A DNA stretch of 64,000 nucleotides from an uncultured Planctomycetales bacterium (GTDB taxonomy: Bacteria; Omnitrophota; Gorgyraeia; Gygaellales; Profunditerraquicolaceae). The DNA lies in assembly GCA_964645795.1 (NCBI GenBank), contig CAZYCL010000004.1:163093-227092 (forward strand), in the 5' to 3' direction. Position numbers and translations under genes: made by a program. The notes beneath the pieces were generated by a model, which had not been told where the DNA came from, did no database searches, and was given only the letters and a program-made list of their open reading frames with translations. Positions within the stretch are counted from its first letter, which is position 1. The number at the start of each line of letters is the position of its first letter. Shown one piece after another: positions 59,868 to 64,000 of this stretch.

Positions 59868-60551
59868 ATGCAAGAGATATTACTGCAGGCAGAGGTCAGG
59901 GATAAGATCGGCAGAGGCAAGGTCAAGGATTTAAGGCAGGAGGGGTTCATCCCCGCGGTCGTCTATTACGGCGGCAAGGAGTCGCAGGCGATAAAGCTGG
60001 CGCATCATGAGTTCCTCTACCTTGTGCATCAGCACAGGATAGAGGGCGTCATTATCAGCCTTAAGATCAAGGGGGACAAGAAGCAGTCCAGGCCCTGCAT
60101 CATAAAGGAGATACAGTACGATCCCGTCCATGGAGATATAATCCACGTTGATTTTAACGAGATATCCCTTACCAAGGCGATAAAGGTCAGTGTCCCCGTT
60201 GAGGCAAAAGGCGAATCGGTGGGGGTCAAGCAGGAAGGCGGGTCCCTTGAGCATATTATCTGGGAGGTGGATGTCGAGTGCCTGCCTACCAGTATACCCA
60301 AGAGCATCGAGGTGGACGTCACGCAGTTGAAGATGGGCGAATCTGTCTATGTCAAGGACCTGCAAGTCCCTTCCGGAGTCAAGATCATCAACGATCCGGA
60401 GTCTATAGTGCTTACGGTAGCCAGCCCCATGAAGGAAGAAGTTGTTCCCGTAGTCGCTGAGGGCCAGGCCACCCAGGAGCCAGAAGTCATCAAAGAAAAG
60501 AAGGAAGCTGCGGCCGAAGGCGGGGAAGAAGAAGCCGAAGAGAAGAAGTAA
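59868..60551 (+). CDS. rplY: 50S ribosomal protein L25 / general stress protein Ctc
   Basis: 227 aa with an acidic C-terminal tail. Confidence 0.85.
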   Translation: MQEILLQAEVRDKIGRGKVKDLRQEGFIPAVVYYGGKESQAIKLAHHEFLYLVHQHRIEGVIISLKIKGDKKQSRPCIIKEIQYDPVHGDIIHVDFNEISLTKAIKVSVPVEAKGESVGVKQEGGSLEHIIWEVDVECLPTSIPKSIEVDVTQLKMGESVYVKDLQVPSGVKIINDPESIVLTVASPMKEEVVPVVAEGQATQEPEVIKEKKEAAAEGGEEEAEEKK

Positions 60552-60556
60552 TCCGG

Positions 60557-61135
60557 ATGAAGTTAGTCATAGGCCTGGGTAATCCGGGCATTCTTTATAA
60601 AGGCACCAGGCACAATGTCGGCTTTTTGGTGATAGACGCCCTGGCTAAGGAAGAAGGAATTATTCTTAAGAGAGAGCGCGGGGCGCCGGTTTTAAGCGGC
60701 AGGAGCCCTTCGGGAGCGCAGATAGAGTTGATTCTGGCTAAGCCCCGGACCTACATGAACCTGTCGGGGCAGGCCGTTTATTTCTTGAAGAAAAAATACG
60801 GATTGGGACCGGCTGATATCCTGATCGTTTGCGATGACCTTGATCTGGATTTCGGCATGCTCCGGATACGCCAGAAAGGCTCTTCCGGAGGCCACCGGGG
60901 GCTGGATTCCGTGTTCAGCTGCCTGGATTCCCAGGATATCCCGAGGTTGCGTATCGGCATCGGCAGGCCCCGCATACAAGGCGCGGCCGCCGATTACGTC
61001 CTTGCCAGGTTCAACCGGCAGGAAAGAGCGGGGCTTGGCGCGCTAATCGATAGAGCAAGGCAGTGTTGTCAGTCCTGGGCCCTTAAGGGCATAAGCCAAA
61101 CCATGAACGATTTCAACTCGAAGGAGCAAAGATGA
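60557..61135 (+). CDS. pth: peptidyl-tRNA hydrolase
   Basis: MKLVIGLGNPGILYKGTRHNVGF. Confidence 0.9.
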   Translation: MKLVIGLGNPGILYKGTRHNVGFLVIDALAKEEGIILKRERGAPVLSGRSPSGAQIELILAKPRTYMNLSGQAVYFLKKKYGLGPADILIVCDDLDLDFGMLRIRQKGSSGGHRGLDSVFSCLDSQDIPRLRIGIGRPRIQGAAADYVLARFNRQERAGLGALIDRARQCCQSWALKGISQTMNDFNSKEQR

Positions 61136-61419
61136 ACAAGTATGAAGCGATGTTTATCGTCAAACCGGATCTGTCGGAAGAAGAGAAAAAGGAGGTCTTC
61201 AACCAGCTTAACGACGCGATAACCAAGAACCAGGGCGCCATCGCTAACAGCGCGGTCTGGGCTGAGCGCAGAAAGCTGTTCTTTCCCTTGAAGAAGTACC
61301 ATGAAGGGATGTATTATCTTATCAGCTTCTCCATAGCGCCCACGGCGATAAAAGATATCAACCTCGCCTACAAGCTTAATGAGAACGTATTGCGCACACT
61401 TATCACCAGGTTAGGATAG
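61132..61419 (+). CDS. rpsF: 30S ribosomal protein S6
   Basis: MNKYEAMFIVKPDLSEEE. Confidence 0.9.
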   Translation: MNKYEAMFIVKPDLSEEEKKEVFNQLNDAITKNQGAIANSAVWAERRKLFFPLKKYHEGMYYLISFSIAPTAIKDINLAYKLNENVLRTLITRLG

Positions 61420-61428
61420 GAGCATATT

Positions 61429-61869
61429 ATGGCCAGTTATAATAAAGTACTGTTGTTGGGTAATCTTACCAAAGACCCGGAGCTGCGCTATACGCCCCAG
61501 GGGGCCGCGGTGGTAAACCTTAGGATGGCCGTAAACCGTAAGTACCGTTCAAAAGACCAGGAGCTCAAGGAAGAGGTGTGTTTTATCACGGCTGTGGCCT
61601 GGAACAAGCAGGCCGAGGTATGCAACCAGTATTTAAAAAAAGGAAGTTCACTTTTTGTAGAGGGCAGGCTCGTCTCGCGCTCCTGGGAGGATAATGCGGG
61701 CCAGAAGCGTTCGGTCATAGAGGTCAGGGCTGAGCGCGTGCAGTTCATGGGCCAGCCTTCCGGCAGGGCGCCGGCGTTCTCCGCCGCGGCCGCGGCGCAG
61801 GAGCCTTCGGAGCCCTCCACGGAATCGTCATGGCTTGAAGAAAGCGAGGAAGAAGCGAATGAAAGTTAA
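61429..61869 (+). CDS. ssb: single-stranded DNA-binding protein
   Basis: OB fold ([24 protein letters not shown]) with an acidic C-terminal tail. Confidence 0.9.
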   Translation: MASYNKVLLLGNLTKDPELRYTPQGAAVVNLRMAVNRKYRSKDQELKEEVCFITAVAWNKQAEVCNQYLKKGSSLFVEGRLVSRSWEDNAGQKRSVIEVRAERVQFMGQPSGRAPAFSAAAAAQEPSEPSTESSWLEESEEEANES

Positions 61870-62122
61870 GACACCTTTGAGGAGGAAGCGGGAGCCGAGG
61901 AAGGAAGGCCGCCTGCCCCTTAAGAAGAAGTTCTGCCGTTTCTGCGCGGACAAAGTCGACGCCCTGGATTACAAGGACGTAAAGAAATTGGAGTATTTCA
62001 TCACCGAAAGAGGCAAGATCCTTACTCCCCGCGTTTCGGGTAATTGCTCCAAGCATCAGAGGATGATAGCGCAAGCAATAAAAAAGGCAAGGTTTATCTC
62101 CCTTCTGCCTTACGTGCGATAA
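61859..62122 (+). CDS. rpsR: 30S ribosomal protein S18
   Basis: [36 protein letters not shown]; start ATG 61859, overlapping the ssb stop. Confidence 0.85.
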   Translation: MKVKTPLRRKREPRKEGRLPLKKKFCRFCADKVDALDYKDVKKLEYFITERGKILTPRVSGNCSKHQRMIAQAIKKARFISLLPYVR

Positions 62123-62149
62123 TAGAGCTTTTAGACAGCGGAGGCTTCC

Positions 62150-62593
62150 ATGGAAGTGATCTTGAACCAGGACATAGACAAGCTTGGAAAGGCCGGCTCC
62201 GTAGTGAAAGTTAAAGAAGGATACGCCCGCAATTTCCTGATCCCGCGCAGGCTTGCCGTAGCGCTTACCCAGGAGAACCTTAAAAGGCTGGAACTCGAGA
62301 GAGAAAAGAAGAACGCCCAACTCCTTGCGAAAAAGAAGGAAGCGCAAGAGCTAAAGGATAAGCTCTCATCTGTCTCGCTGACCATCCCGGTGCTCGTCCA
62401 GGAGGACGAAACCTTATACGGGAGCATAACTGCCCAAGATATAGCAGCCGCTTTAAAAGAAGAGGGGCTGGAGCTTGATAAGACCCTGATCCAGCTAAAC
62501 GATGTCATAAAGAGCTTGGGGATTTACGAAGTGCCGGTAAGACTGCACCCGGAAGTCTCGGTGAACATAAAAGTTTGGATCGTCAAGAAGTAG
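62150..62593 (+). CDS. rplI: 50S ribosomal protein L9
   Basis: MEVILNQDIDKLGKAGSVVKVKEGYARNFLIP. Confidence 0.9.
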   Translation: MEVILNQDIDKLGKAGSVVKVKEGYARNFLIPRRLAVALTQENLKRLELEREKKNAQLLAKKKEAQELKDKLSSVSLTIPVLVQEDETLYGSITAQDIAAALKEEGLELDKTLIQLNDVIKSLGIYEVPVRLHPEVSVNIKVWIVKK

Positions 62594-62595
62594 AG

Positions 62596-63933
62596 ATGGC
62601 GCAACATACGGTTTTAGACAAGATCCCGCCCCAGAACCTCGAGGCGGAGATGGCAGTGCTGGGCTCGATGCTCATGGATACGGACGCCATTTCCGTGTCT
62701 TGTGAATATTTGAACGCGGAATCTTTCTATAAGGAATCCCACAGAAAAATATTCGAGGCTGCAGTTGGCCTCTATTCGGCGGCAAAGGCCGTGGACCTGG
62801 TCACCCTGACAGAGGTCCTGCGCAAGCAAGGCTCGCTTGAATCGATAGGGGGGGCCAGTTACCTTACCGCCCTGGTCAATGCCGTTCCTACCTGCGCCAA
62901 CATCAATCATTACGTCAATATCGTCAAAGAAAAAAGCATCCTGCGCACCCTCATCAACAGCGCCACCAGGATCGTGGGCATGTGTTATGAGAGCGAGGGC
63001 AATATCGACGAGGTGGTGGATAACGCCGAAAAGTTCATCTTCGACGTAAGCGACAAAAGGACCCACTCCACATATCTGCATCTCAAAGAGATCGTTAAAG
63101 ACAGCATCGAGACCATAGACAGGCTTTACCAGAAGAAGGCCCATGTCACCGGAATTCCCACCGGCTACATAGATTTCGACATCAAGACCGCCGGGCTTCA
63201 GGCCTCCGACCTGATCATCATCGCCGGAAGGCCTTCCATGGGTAAAAGCGCCTTTGCCTTGGGGATAGCCGAGTATGCCGGCGTCATCGAAAATATACCT
63301 ACCGCGTTATTCAGCCTGGAGATGTCGAAAGAACAGCTGGTGCAGAGGATGCTCTGCTCCCACGCCAGGGTAGACGCGCACAAGGTCAGGACAGGATACC
63401 TTTCCGCCTCGGACTGGCCGCGCCTTACGGCGGCAGCGGGCAAGCTTTCAGAGGCGCCCATTTTTATCGACGATACGCCGGGTATTTCGGTAATGGAGCT
63501 GCGCGCCAAAGCCCGCAGGCTAAAAGCCCACCATGATATCAAGCTTATTGTGCTTGATTATCTGCAGCTCATGCGCGGCTCCTACAATTCGGAAAGCAGG
63601 CAGCAGGAGATATCCGAGATATCAAGGTCGCTAAAGGCCCTGGCGCGAGAACTGGACGCTCCGGTTATCGCCATAAGCCAGCTCTCCCGGGCAGTAGAGA
63701 GCCGCACCGACCATCGCCCGCAGCTTTCCGATCTGAGGGAGTCGGGGGCGATCGAGCAGGACGCGGATGTGGTGGTCCTGTTGCTGCGAGAAGAGTATTA
63801 CAGCCCGACCCCGGATAACCAGGGCAAGGCCGAGGTGATCATCGCCAAGCAGAGGAACGGCCCGGTAGGCACGATGAACCTGGCCTTCATTAAGGAGTAT
63901 ACGCGTTTTGAGAACCTGGCGCGCATCGAATGA
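62596..63933 (+). CDS. dnaB: replicative DNA helicase
   Basis: MAQHTVLDKIPPQNLEAEMAVLGSML; Walker A GRPSMGKSAFAL; start ATG 62596, just after the rplI stop. Confidence 0.95.
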   Translation: MAQHTVLDKIPPQNLEAEMAVLGSMLMDTDAISVSCEYLNAESFYKESHRKIFEAAVGLYSAAKAVDLVTLTEVLRKQGSLESIGGASYLTALVNAVPTCANINHYVNIVKEKSILRTLINSATRIVGMCYESEGNIDEVVDNAEKFIFDVSDKRTHSTYLHLKEIVKDSIETIDRLYQKKAHVTGIPTGYIDFDIKTAGLQASDLIIIAGRPSMGKSAFALGIAEYAGVIENIPTALFSLEMSKEQLVQRMLCSHARVDAHKVRTGYLSASDWPRLTAAAGKLSEAPIFIDDTPGISVMELRAKARRLKAHHDIKLIVLDYLQLMRGSYNSESRQQEISEISRSLKALARELDAPVIAISQLSRAVESRTDHRPQLSDLRESGAIEQDADVVVLLLREEYYSPTPDNQGKAEVIIAKQRNGPVGTMNLAFIKEYTRFENLARIE

Positions 63934-64000
63934 CGCAGTTTGCATAAAAAAAAGTTGCTTTTAATTTTCTCTTAATATATAATACCCCTAATGCGTAACG

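Overview
This is a 64-kb chromosomal segment from a GC-rich (about 55-58%) bacterium, almost entirely housekeeping genes. All but one gene lie on the + strand; the exception is a PpiD/SurA-like chaperone. There is no CRISPR array, no rRNA, and no obvious mobile element or defence island.

Content from 5' to 3':
- A GH94-family glycoside phosphorylase.
- A purine operon in the order purB, purS-purS-purL fusion, LOG-family gene, purQ, divergent purF paralog, purF, purM, followed by an SPFH protein. A separate purD-purE pair lies downstream.
- A TsaC/YrdC gene fused to a low-molecular-weight protein tyrosine phosphatase (LMW-PTP), then rpiB and glyA. This order matches the Bacillus ywlC-ywlE-ywlF-glyA arrangement.
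- dCMP deaminase and nrdR, a bifunctional-nuclease-domain protein, and the CCA-adding enzyme.
- An exported/envelope cluster with an AsmA-like protein.
- ttcA, rmuC, yggU, pgeF, a flavodoxin-like protein, cutA, ccdA, a TlpA-like thioredoxin, pncB, ybaB, and a short MetE-like TIM-barrel protein.
- A porGDAB pyruvate:ferredoxin oxidoreductase operon plus a ferritin-like protein and a ferredoxin.
- A complete F-type ATP synthase operon (atpZ, atpI, atpB, atpE, atpF, atpH, atpA, atpG, atpD, atpC) followed immediately by motA and motB.
- hisG, a TPR lipoprotein, a split transketolase, ispE, spoVG, tRNA-Gln, glmU, prs, ctc(rplY), pth, rpsF, ssb, rpsR, rplI and dnaB.

The points most worth a second look are:
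- an unannotated 33-codon, extremely basic ORF that resembles the bS22/mS38 ribosomal mini-protein family;
- an ATP synthase c-subunit carrying the full Na+-binding signature (Gln...Glu-Ser...Tyr) plus an N-terminal hydrophobic extension;
- a tandem purF paralog in which the N-terminal nucleophile Cys is replaced by Ser;
- in-frame octanucleotide tandem repeats (GTCACCAR)x4 inside both purL and purD;
- two families of short dispersed intergenic repeats, GATTACRCAG hairpins and a roughly 70-bp TAGCGTATAGC/TTTAGCGGATAG element, one copy of which sits where the atpF ribosome-binding site should be;
- a 4x tandem 32-bp palindromic repeat between the GH94 gene and purB;
- a SpoVG with a zinc-ribbon insertion;
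- a MotB with a roughly 250-aa Pro/Ala/Lys/Val-rich tail.
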